Source of the DNA: Candidatus Sericytochromatia bacterium
GTDB taxonomy: Bacteria > Cyanobacteriota > Sericytochromatia > S15B-MN24 > JAQBPE01
Assembly (NCBI GenBank): GCA_040400605.1
Contig: JBBAPZ010000013.1
Location: 50,289 to 100,734, forward strand
DNA: 50,446 nucleotides
Reading direction: 5' to 3'
The translations under genes were made by a program, and so were the position numbers. Below are positions 36,901 through 44,450 of the stretch, one piece after another. Positions within the stretch are counted from its first letter, which is position 1, and each line of letters begins with the position of its first letter. Below the pieces are notes generated by a model. It was not told the DNA's origin. It did no database searches and saw nothing but the letters and a program-made list of their open reading frames with translations.

Positions 36901-39505
36901 GCTCGGCGATACGCTCCTGGCTCGCGGAGAGGAGTTGGCCAGGCAAAGCAGCAGCTACACCTTGTCGTATGTGGTGCCTTACCTCATTGAGGCGCGGCTT
37001 CACGCCGGGCGTTTGCAAGAGGCTTTGATAGCCGCCCAGGAAGCGCGCGATCTCGTGGCTTCTCAAGGCAACACGGAGATTGAGTCCAAACTGTGGGTGT
37101 ATCTCGGTGAAATTCACACACGGCAGGGTGAGTATCCGGCGGCGCGCAGTTACTTCCAGCGTAGCCGCGAGCACGCGCTACGGGCGGATGAGCCGCATCA
37201 CGAAGCGCGGGCCTCCAAAGGCCTTGGCGTGATTGATTTGCTTGATGGGCAATTTGACAGTGCCGAAGCGCATTTGAATCGGGCGCTGTCACTGAGTAAA
37301 CGTTTGTCGATGGCTTGTTTGACGGCGGATGTGCTGTATCAGTTGGGGCGATTGTCCTTGGCGCGTCAGGACAAACCGCAGGCGCGGGGCTATTTCGACG
37401 AGGCCTTGGACCAGGCCGTAGAACTGCGGGTCCCGGCGCTTGAAGCGGTGGTGCTGCATGGTTTGTCTCAGGCGGTATCCAAAAAAGAGGAACAAAAGCG
37501 CTTTGCCGAGTCGGCACGGGCCAGGTTGAATGCGCTTTTGACGGATATGACTGAAGAGCTAAAAACCGCCTTTTTGTCATTCACCGAACGGGCACAGATC
37601 ATGCGTGAGGATGTCGTTGAAGTGGCGACGTTTGGCACGACTTTGACCGCTGTTGTGCCGGAACAGCCCTCATTGTCGGAAGATGCGTCGGTTGACGAGC
37701 GCGTGGCGTGGTTGCGGCAGGAAATGGCGCTGACTGCGCAGGTCGCGGCGCAGGCCGCGGCGCGGGCGGCTGCGGTGACAAGGGAGTATGAGGCGCTGAC
37801 CGAGCGGGTTGCGATCGACCACCCCCGTGTGCGAGAACTTGAGCTGGCAAATCGGCGTATGGAACAATTGATCAAGTTTTCGACGGCGCTGAGCAAAATT
37901 CAGGATCTTGGACGCATTCTTGAAGATGCCGTGGATATGATTGTCGAGCTGACCGGTGCTGAGCGAGGTTTCTTGCTGTTCCTGGAAAATGGTCAGATCC
38001 GCTCGCAAGTGAGCCGTGTGAACGTGGATCGCCACAGCCCGATGGACTGGCAGTTTTCGAAGTCGATTGCCGATCAGGTTCTAAGCACCGGCGAAGTGGT
38101 CTGCGTCTTTGATGCACTGGCCGACCATCAGTTCAATCAGGCGCAATCCGTGGTTGACCTCAACTTGCGCACCGTGATTTGTGTGCCCATGAAAGTGAAC
38201 GGGCGCTTGGTTGGGGCAATCTACGTCGACCGTCAGTCAGTCACGGACAGTTTCACGCCAAACGACCTCGAAATGGTGTTGAGCCTGGCCGCTCAAGCCG
38301 CGGGCGCCATCGAAAACGCACGCCTGCATCAGGAGTGGGTGGACAAGAGCAAGCGCCTCGAAATGCTCAACAATTTGTCCAAGACGATTTCGGGCTCCCT
38401 TGAGATGGAAGAGGTGCTCGATCTCATCGTTAAAATGACCCTTGAAGTCTCGCGGGCGGAACGCGGCTTTTTGTTCCTGCTCGGTGACGATCAAAGCGGG
38501 TTGATCTGCCGGGCGGCTCGCGACACATCCGGCAGTTTGCCACTGGATGCTGATCACGAGATTGCGCAATCGATCTGCACCAAGGTCCTGACAACCGGCG
38601 AACCCGAAAACGTCGCCGACGCCCTGAATGATGAGGAGTTCCAGTTCCAGCAGTCGATCATGGCCCTGAACCTCAGAATGGTCATGTGCGTACCCATCAC
38701 CAACAAGGGGACCGTCATTGGCTTGCTTTACGTCGATTCACAGGCCGTCGTCAATGCCTTCGGTGACAAAGACCTCGAGTTGCTGCTATCTATCGCCGGT
38801 CACGCCGCCGTGGCGATCGACAACGCCAAATTGCACGCCAAAACAGCCCGCCTCGCTGACGACCTCCAAAAAATGTTCTACAGCTTCGTGCAGGCACTCG
38901 GCACCTCGATTGACGCCAAGCACCCGCTCACATCCGGTCACTCGTGGCGCGTCACCGAATACAGCGTGCGCCTCGCGCGACGAATCGGCCTGCCACCATC
39001 GGAGGTCGAGAATATCCGGATTGCCGGCCTGTTGCACGACGTCGGCAAGATTGGCACGCCTGACCACATCTTGATGAAGCCGGGCTCATTCACCAACGAG
39101 GAATACGAGACCATGAAACGACATGTGGTCCACACCAAGGAAATCCTCGACACCATTTACTTCCCTGAAAGCCAACGACACATCCCGGCCGTGGCTGGCG
39201 CCCACCACGAGAAGTGGGACGGCAAAGGCTATCCCAACCGACAGGCCGGCGAGGAAATTCCCTTGGGCGGTCGCATTTTGGCCCTCGGCGACGTTTTCGA
39301 TGCGATCACCTCGAAACGTGATTACCGCGAAGCCATGCCGCTGTCGCAAGCCCTGAACATCATCCGCCAAGGCATCGGCACCCATTTCGACCCGGCTTTG
39401 GGGCCCGTGTTCATTGAGATGATCGAAGAAGAAGGCATTGTCTATCACGAGAACGACCTTGAAACTGGCGCGCCAAAGCCCCAGTCCTCGGATGCGATCG
39501 CCTGA
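33959..39505 (+). CDS. Multidomain signalling protein: Ser/Thr kinase - STAND/AAA ATPase - TPR - GAF - GAF - HD-GYP
   Basis: Kinase motifs LGEGGMGVVY, HCDLKPEN, DFG and APE; Walker A GPGGVGKT; helical TPR-like region; two GAF units (AERGFL...CVP...G.IYVD); LLHDVGK and HHEKWDGKGYP. Confidence 0.92.
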   Translation: MAEALREISNRYRTLATLGEGGMGVVYLVEDTTTQRQVALKVLSSQLARDERVLQGFKQEFRMMSKLKHPNNCEAYDYGAMPDGTPYFTMEVVPGQGLDEALPLGTEVMNSVLSQVCLTLAFIHQQGFVHCDLKPENIRIKPDGTVKLMDFGLMEVSGQSGGAIKGTLAYLAPEVAKRDRIDQRSDIYSLGAVAYQLLTGQTPFRGSTPVEVLRAHLNETPRPLRQIDKAIPVAMEQVVLKMLAKEPIARYQSCYDVLSSLGIEVDDRGAAMLLAPAFVGRHPEMARLGSALERLKDPSSSDSRGGALWIAGPGGVGKTRLLGEFRFAAQLAEVPFYLGTCSAQRAPYEPFVEVLRQLLPVMRERCQTLLTEHAGLLGKLLPELGDGSLAPLLEPDQEKVLLQSLVTNLVIRATEATGAVLVLEAWDLADSLSQEMLTYLMRNAESAPLLLVVSSRDASLAKAPVVLTLSALDQAETSAVVASMLGLERIDDALAQQVFELSAGNGQLIGDLLDHLLRVGAFERAQGRWTLPRVIDAAHIPKDLKATWVERLSTLPERAQRVAEFAAVFGEPFGLGLAAAVLSLGDDALFDALEALMRANVLDGSDGLYAFANQDLGATLYETLEEVLKRSLHDAVTDYLAGLTPDDERTVTEWTRLARQALRGSDADRAIRLALKAGELNRSFVATAAAQMLLNEGYALLMAKQRAGVDMRPWLQTWCEYTNHLAGVAIYTHNLDECAEYLEKGLALAGELGDKNLEAQLLATKARLRDSSFTSEGMEEAALISQRVIELATETGNIRLQTRTLVNLARQMFFRGLNTQAQDLFQQAVDIAKAHDVTFYYARALCFLGFLKFSAGGATRDEGYRDLFQAIDLQLRIGDKYGEGYSYMLLNNVQQQTGRFTEAVESTNRYYEIVTELGVNDDRAVALLNRLFAYFEMGQFERVIELAQGCHDFGVEVSHGQVVPVSLTVWACAAYYTGQSTLGDTLLARGEELARQSSSYTLSYVVPYLIEARLHAGRLQEALIAAQEARDLVASQGNTEIESKLWVYLGEIHTRQGEYPAARSYFQRSREHALRADEPHHEARASKGLGVIDLLDGQFDSAEAHLNRALSLSKRLSMACLTADVLYQLGRLSLARQDKPQARGYFDEALDQAVELRVPALEAVVLHGLSQAVSKKEEQKRFAESARARLNALLTDMTEELKTAFLSFTERAQIMREDVVEVATFGTTLTAVVPEQPSLSEDASVDERVAWLRQEMALTAQVAAQAAARAAAVTREYEALTERVAIDHPRVRELELANRRMEQLIKFSTALSKIQDLGRILEDAVDMIVELTGAERGFLLFLENGQIRSQVSRVNVDRHSPMDWQFSKSIADQVLSTGEVVCVFDALADHQFNQAQSVVDLNLRTVICVPMKVNGRLVGAIYVDRQSVTDSFTPNDLEMVLSLAAQAAGAIENARLHQEWVDKSKRLEMLNNLSKTISGSLEMEEVLDLIVKMTLEVSRAERGFLFLLGDDQSGLICRAARDTSGSLPLDADHEIAQSICTKVLTTGEPENVADALNDEEFQFQQSIMALNLRMVMCVPITNKGTVIGLLYVDSQAVVNAFGDKDLELLLSIAGHAAVAIDNAKLHAKTARLADDLQKMFYSFVQALGTSIDAKHPLTSGHSWRVTEYSVRLARRIGLPPSEVENIRIAGLLHDVGKIGTPDHILMKPGSFTNEEYETMKRHVVHTKEILDTIYFPESQRHIPAVAGAHHEKWDGKGYPNRQAGEEIPLGGRILALGDVFDAITSKRDYREAMPLSQALNIIRQGIGTHFDPALGPVFIEMIEEEGIVYHENDLETGAPKPQSSDAIA

Positions 39506-39597
39506 CACGCCCTACCATCTGCGATAACCTGGCGCGCCCACAACGGCGCGCCATTTCCTTTGCCGGCGCAGCATGACCTGGTACAGCACTTGCCCGT

Positions 39598-39641
39598 GCG
39601 ATGATTAAAGCCCATAATCATCGCATGATTTGCGATGATTA
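39598..39641. promoter_or_regulatory. Triple 10-bp operator overlapping the Fic start codon
   Basis: GCGATGATTA (39598-39607), inverted copy TAATCATCGC (39615-39624) and GCGATGATTA (39632-39641), each separated by 7 nt. Confidence 0.75.
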
Positions 39642-40740
39642 CCGGTATATTTGGGAGGCTGATGACTGGCCGCACTGGCGTTATGATCTCGCAGGGTTGG
39701 CTGGTGCCTTGGCTGAGCTCAGCCGGATGCAAGGGGTGTTATCAGGGCGCCTCGCCGACGTGGGAATGGGCGTGCGCGACGCTGCCTGCCTCACTGCCTT
39801 GACCGAAGAGGTGTTGCAAACCAGCGCGATTGAAGGCGAAACCCTCAGTGTTACATCGGTCCGTTCAAGCATTGCCCGCCGTTTAGGCGTTGACATTGGC
39901 GCGCTGGCCCCGGTGGATCGCCACGTTGAAGGCGTCGTTGACATGGTGCTGGACGCGACAACAAACCTTGCAACGCCGCTGTCTGAGGCACGCCTTTTTG
40001 GGTGGCACGCGGCCTTGTTCCCGACAGGTTATTCCAGCTTCACAAAGCTTCGGGTCGGCGCATGGCGTGACGATGCCACTGGCCCGATGCAGGTGGTGTC
40101 AGGGCTCCTCGGTCGTCAGCGGGTGCATTATGAGGCACCGCCAGCCGAACGCCTGGTTGTTGAGGTGCGACGCTTTTTGGATTGGGTCAACCAGCCCGGA
40201 CCCGAGCCACCTTTGATCAAGGCTGCGTTGGGACATTTGTGGTTTGTCACCTTGCACCCTTTCGATGACGGCAACGGTCGCATTGCCCGGGCCATCGGCG
40301 ATTGGTTGCTTGCGCGGGCGGATGGCAGTTCTGAGCGATTTTACAGCGTTTCTGCCCAGATTCAGCGTGATCGCACCCGCTATTACACGATTCTGGAACG
40401 CACCCAACAAGGCACCTTGGATATCACAGCTTGGCTATCCTGGTTTATTGACACCATGCGACAAGCCGTTGAGTCCGCGCTGCGAACACACGACGCGGTG
40501 CTCACCAAGGCACGCCTGTGGCAGCAATGGCGCGCACTGCCGCTCAACTCCCGGCAGATCAAGGTGTTGAACAAACTGCTCGACGGATTTGAAGGAAAAC
40601 TGACTGCCAGAAAGTGGGCAGCGCTCGCTCGCTGCTCACACGATACCGCCTGGCGTGACCTCAGTGAATTGCTAAGCCTCGGTGTACTGCGCAAATCCGC
40701 ATCGGGCGGGCGCAGCACCCATTACGAATTGGGCTCGTGA
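39625..40740 (+). CDS. Fic family protein (DUF4172 N-terminal type) with C-terminal wHTH
   Basis: YIWEADDWPHWRYD, TSAIEG, HPFDDGNGRIAR and CSHDTAWRDL...GGRSTHY. Confidence 0.93.
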   Translation: MICDDYRYIWEADDWPHWRYDLAGLAGALAELSRMQGVLSGRLADVGMGVRDAACLTALTEEVLQTSAIEGETLSVTSVRSSIARRLGVDIGALAPVDRHVEGVVDMVLDATTNLATPLSEARLFGWHAALFPTGYSSFTKLRVGAWRDDATGPMQVVSGLLGRQRVHYEAPPAERLVVEVRRFLDWVNQPGPEPPLIKAALGHLWFVTLHPFDDGNGRIARAIGDWLLARADGSSERFYSVSAQIQRDRTRYYTILERTQQGTLDITAWLSWFIDTMRQAVESALRTHDAVLTKARLWQQWRALPLNSRQIKVLNKLLDGFEGKLTARKWAALARCSHDTAWRDLSELLSLGVLRKSASGGRSTHYELGS

Positions 40741-40756
40741 GCTGCACTTGCCTGCA

Positions 40757-40781
40757 CGCCCCGGCTGAACTCCGGGGCTAC
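40757..40781 (-). repeat. REP-like GTAG palindrome
   Basis: Minus strand reads GTAG-CCCCGG-AGTTCAG-CCGGGG; a related element lies at ~30796-30814. Confidence 0.45.
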
Positions 40782-40917
40782 GACACCGGTCTCTCGATAC
40801 AGCGGTTCAGCAAGCCGGGAAGCATGCAACTGTACAATGCCCAACGGTCTTCAATCGCCTGCTCCACGGTAGCATTATCGACGGCTTAAAACGCAGGAAG
40901 ACCATTGGTTCGGGCAT

Positions 40918-41487
40918 TCACTCCAGGAGCATGCCTTGGTTGAGCGCCTCGGTGAGATCCGCCAACTGCAGGTTCTGCGCGCCGAGTTCTGTGTGGATGG
41001 CGCCAAGATCGACCTCAATGCGACGAATGGCCTGCTCCATATGGCTGATGCGCTGCAACAAGCCCGGCCGCTGCAGTTCCGTGGCAGAACCCAGCATCGC
41101 CTTCAAGCGATTCAACAACACCCGTAACTGCTTCACTTGAATGTTCTTGCGCCACGCTTCGACTTCCAACAGCTTGATCGCCTTGCGCTTCGTCGCAATC
41201 TTGCGCTTAAGCTTGAGGATCTCATCCGTACTCAAGCGTGGCTTGCGCTGCCGCGGCCTCGGCTCGGTTTCAGGCACCACCGCACTGTTATACTCCGCCA
41301 TCAGCTCATTCAACGCATCCCACGACGCACCACCCGGCGCCTCCGCCGGCAACGTCAATGGCCTTGTCCCCACCGCCTCTTGCCGCGCACTGGGCAACGG
41401 CTGGCTCAAGGGCCGCGTGCCGCGACCATCTACCTTCAAAGGCAATGGGCCAGTCTGTTTTAAAGCTGTTTGCATTGTGTCAAGCAT
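40918..41487 (-). CDS. Hypothetical protein, low-complexity N-terminus + coiled coil
   Basis: 189-aa ORF with a repeated GTRPL motif and a heptad-rich C-terminal half. Confidence 0.7.
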   Translation of the reverse strand: MLDTMQTALKQTGPLPLKVDGRGTRPLSQPLPSARQEAVGTRPLTLPAEAPGGASWDALNELMAEYNSAVVPETEPRPRQRKPRLSTDEILKLKRKIATKRKAIKLLEVEAWRKNIQVKQLRVLLNRLKAMLGSATELQRPGLLQRISHMEQAIRRIEVDLGAIHTELGAQNLQLADLTEALNQGMLLE

Positions 41488-41668
41488 GTTGTTATTATCG
41501 CTGCCAAGTGCCTGAAACTTGTTTGGGATTTGATGCGAAATCGATTTTTATTGTGTTAAATGTTTGATAAAACCTTTTAAAACGGCACAAGCACGTGGGA
41601 ATTCCCGGGGATAGAGTGGCCGGGCGCGGTCGTTGGGAATGGCTGCCTTCAATTAGGAGGACCGGCTT

Positions 41669-42286
41669 GTGGAAACCGTGAACGCCAATCGTGCGGTGGT
41701 GTTGCCTGCGCAGTTGGGACCTGCCGTTGTCAAGCCGGGGCTTGAGGGGCAGCAGGTGGAGGTTGCGGTAGCGGGTAAGGCGTTGGTTTCGGATCAGAAT
41801 CAGGTGACGGCGCAAGACCCGTGGCCTGAGGTTATGCCATTCGATCCCGCACTGGTGGATGTCCCGGCGGAGGTGCCGGCAGCGCCTACCGCCCAGGCAG
41901 CGCCCATCGGTCAGGAAGGGCAAGCCGCTCAGGCGGCTGATGCCCAGGTGCGGCTGGCGGGTTCCAAGGCATCTTGGCGAGCGTTTCATTTGGCGTTCAA
42001 AAACAATGCCAAGGGTTGGGCGAAATTCAAGTTGGCGGGAACACGGGTTGAATTGCGACAACGCACGACGGTGCTTGAGCAGCGCATCAGCAAGTTCAAC
42101 CAGCGGATTAACGCTTTTCGTGGCGAGGCGGCACGCGCCCGCGCGGCGGGCAATGGCCAAGGGGCCGCAGCCCTTGAATCACTGGTGACGAGTGCGCAGG
42201 TGGAGGTTGGTGCGCTGGGGCGCGTGCGTGATCAATTCGGGGCCGAAATGTCTCAAATCATCGGGGATGAGCGCGCGATGGGTTGA
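41669..42286 (+). CDS. Hypothetical protein, Ala/Pro-rich N-terminus + coiled coil
   Basis: 205-aa ORF with a strong AGGAGG RBS before GTG. Confidence 0.75.
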   Translation: METVNANRAVVLPAQLGPAVVKPGLEGQQVEVAVAGKALVSDQNQVTAQDPWPEVMPFDPALVDVPAEVPAAPTAQAAPIGQEGQAAQAADAQVRLAGSKASWRAFHLAFKNNAKGWAKFKLAGTRVELRQRTTVLEQRISKFNQRINAFRGEAARARAAGNGQGAAALESLVTSAQVEVGALGRVRDQFGAEMSQIIGDERAMG

Positions 42287-42373
42287 CCGGGGATGCGTTG
42301 GTTGGCGCGCCTACCATTCGATTGTTTATCAAGTTTTGGGTTTTAGGGTATATCAGCACGTAACTAGTGGAAC

Positions 42374-42507
42374 TTTTGAATTCGCTACAAAAGATTTGAA
42401 CAACAACCGATGCGTTTGTCTATAACTGGGTTATACGTTACAGAATTCCATCGATTGGCAGTCTAATTTGACTGTTGTTCAAAAACAGTGAGTCAGTGCT
42501 TGATGTT
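42374..42507 (-). repeat. Dispersed repeat, copy B (segments Y, spacer, X) in AT-rich island
   Basis: Matches 10434-10540 in two blocks in swapped order; the spacer contains the palindrome TATAAC-TGG-GTTATA (42421-42435). Confidence 0.85.
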
Positions 42508-42640
42508 CTGCATTTCCTGTATCGCTTTTTGGAGAAGTATCGATGCCTCAATGGTGGGCTGTTGAATAGCGGCACGTGTCAATGGGATTTTGTGCTTGTA
42601 CAACCCTGTTTGCCAGCCTTCTGCGAACTCAATGCAGCGA

Positions 42641-43951
42641 TTAAAATCCCGAGATGCGCACACCGGTTTGAAAACCGACATTGAGCAAGACGTCTTTGCC
42701 ACCGCTTACTTGCACCGGGTCAACCATCACGTTGACACCGCTATGCCAGGCGAAATTGGGCGATGCCTGAAAGTCGAGTCCGAGATCCAAGCTCGTCAAC
42801 GGTCGCAGGCGAAAGGTGCGGGCAGGATCGGCCTGATAAACGCCCCCGATGCGCACGCCGGGGCTGAAGGCCAACTGCCGCAGGTAGAAGCGTTGGTTTA
42901 ACCCCATAAAGCCCATCAGGCCTGCGCCCTCGGGTGGGTTGTAAAGAGAGCTGACATCGCCGCTTAAATGAAGCTCCGGCAACGACAAGGCCGGTGCCAA
43001 GTCGATTTGGCCGGCGAAGGTTGCTGTCGAATACCATTGGGTCCGATCCGGATGCGCCAAGCCAATCACACCCAGCGCCAGGTCAAACCCCTTTGCACCC
43101 CCGAGGTGCTCCGCCAAGAAATCCCCTTGTGCCAACGGCTCATCCAACGCAATCACCTGCGCGGCGCTTCGTTCCTGCCCCAGTCCGTGTACCCTGGCAA
43201 AACCCAGGATCCGCTCCTGGCGCATAATCATAAAGGTGTCATCCATGCGCACTTGTGAACTGCGCCCAAGGTCAATGGTGAGCAAGTCACCCCAACGCTG
43301 ATGCGCGAGGATCGGCGCCCGCAACTGAAACGGCGGCGCCTTGCGCAATTCCCACACCATCTCGGCCGCCAGACGTGGGAAGGCGTTGCCAAACAGGTCC
43401 TGAACGGGTGTCCGGGCTTCGGCATCCGCCATCAGCATCAGGGTGCTAACCCGGTTTGACGCAGCGAATGAGGTATCCTTGCTGGTATCCTTGAAAGTGA
43501 TGGGTTTGGAGAGGCCGACGCTCACCGCGATGCGCCGGACAATTTGTCCCGTCACGGCGTCGATGACCTCGCAATTGCCGCGGAGCTCCGATTGCAAGGT
43601 CAGCGTCGACGTGGTGGTGATGACCCTGGTTTTCTTGTCCGTTGATTTGCTGTAGGTCGGGCCACTACGCCGCAAGGGCGCGAAGGAGTGAGACACGCTC
43701 AGTACATAACCCCTTGGGGCCGCGGTAACCTGTTTGGCCAGATCACGCACATAGCGCACCTGCTCTGCCAGGAGCCCACGCGGTGACTCAACGATTTCAA
43801 AACGCGTCAGCTTCGCCATTTCCCGACGCATCGCGTCTTCCAATTCGGTGGAGCTTGTCGCCACGACCGCAGTGGGTGTGCCAGTGGCTGCCCAAGCGAT
43901 AGGGGACTCGCTAATCCAGAGCAAGGCGGCTAGAATCAATGCGTGACGCAT
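42641..43951 (-). CDS. Exported protein, probable C-terminal outer-membrane beta-barrel
   Basis: Signal peptide (...PIAWA); central IDLGRSSQVRMDDTF motif (FlgT-C-like); alternating beta-strand pattern ending in Phe (TGVRISGF). Confidence 0.65.
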   Translation of the reverse strand: MRHALILAALLWISESPIAWAATGTPTAVVATSSTELEDAMRREMAKLTRFEIVESPRGLLAEQVRYVRDLAKQVTAAPRGYVLSVSHSFAPLRRSGPTYSKSTDKKTRVITTTSTLTLQSELRGNCEVIDAVTGQIVRRIAVSVGLSKPITFKDTSKDTSFAASNRVSTLMLMADAEARTPVQDLFGNAFPRLAAEMVWELRKAPPFQLRAPILAHQRWGDLLTIDLGRSSQVRMDDTFMIMRQERILGFARVHGLGQERSAAQVIALDEPLAQGDFLAEHLGGAKGFDLALGVIGLAHPDRTQWYSTATFAGQIDLAPALSLPELHLSGDVSSLYNPPEGAGLMGFMGLNQRFYLRQLAFSPGVRIGGVYQADPARTFRLRPLTSLDLGLDFQASPNFAWHSGVNVMVDPVQVSGGKDVLLNVGFQTGVRISGF

Positions 43952-44002
43952 GCGATCACCACTTTCTGTCCCATCACGGAAACCTTGGCGCGTTTACACG
44001 CG

Positions 44003-44266
44003 TTATTCCTGTTCCGTGTTTGGGCGAAACTGTCGAATCTTTGAAGCCTGGGGCTTGGCACTCACCGGCGGGGGCGTCGTGTCGCGCTCCGGCGACAACT
44101 TGCGCCGCGCATCCCCTACCATCTGCGCAAACTGCAAAAAGTCCTCTACACCAAAATACATGGCAGCCTGGTTGGCATTGACCACCACCTTGCCCTCACC
44201 CTCCACGAACCATACGGTACCGAAGTCGTTCTCGCCCAAGGTGCGGAATCCATTGCCGTCCATCAT
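44003..44266 (-). CDS. Small hypothetical protein
   Basis: 87-aa ORF co-oriented with both neighbours, with a globular-looking beta-beta-beta-alpha pattern. Confidence 0.65.
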   Translation of the reverse strand: MMDGNGFRTLGENDFGTVWFVEGEGKVVVNANQAAMYFGVEDFLQFAQMVGDARRKLSPERDTTPPPVSAKPQASKIRQFRPNTEQE

Positions 44267-44450
44267 GGTGACCCCATCTTTACAATTATCAATTGGCAGT
44301 GCGCTGTGATTTTATCACACCCAACACATACCCAATTTGGAGGGTATTCAAGACAATCACGCACCGGAATCTTAACAACGGGTCAGTGCCTGAGCCAACG
44401 GTGCCACAACGGCACGCACCAGCCAGATGATGGCGAGGCTGGCCCAAGGG

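Noticed and set aside
42416..42445. Integron attC site
   Set aside because: The TATAAC/GTTATA palindrome is too short, lacks the GTTRRRY core with L/R boxes, and no integrase is present. Retained only as part of the repeat finding.
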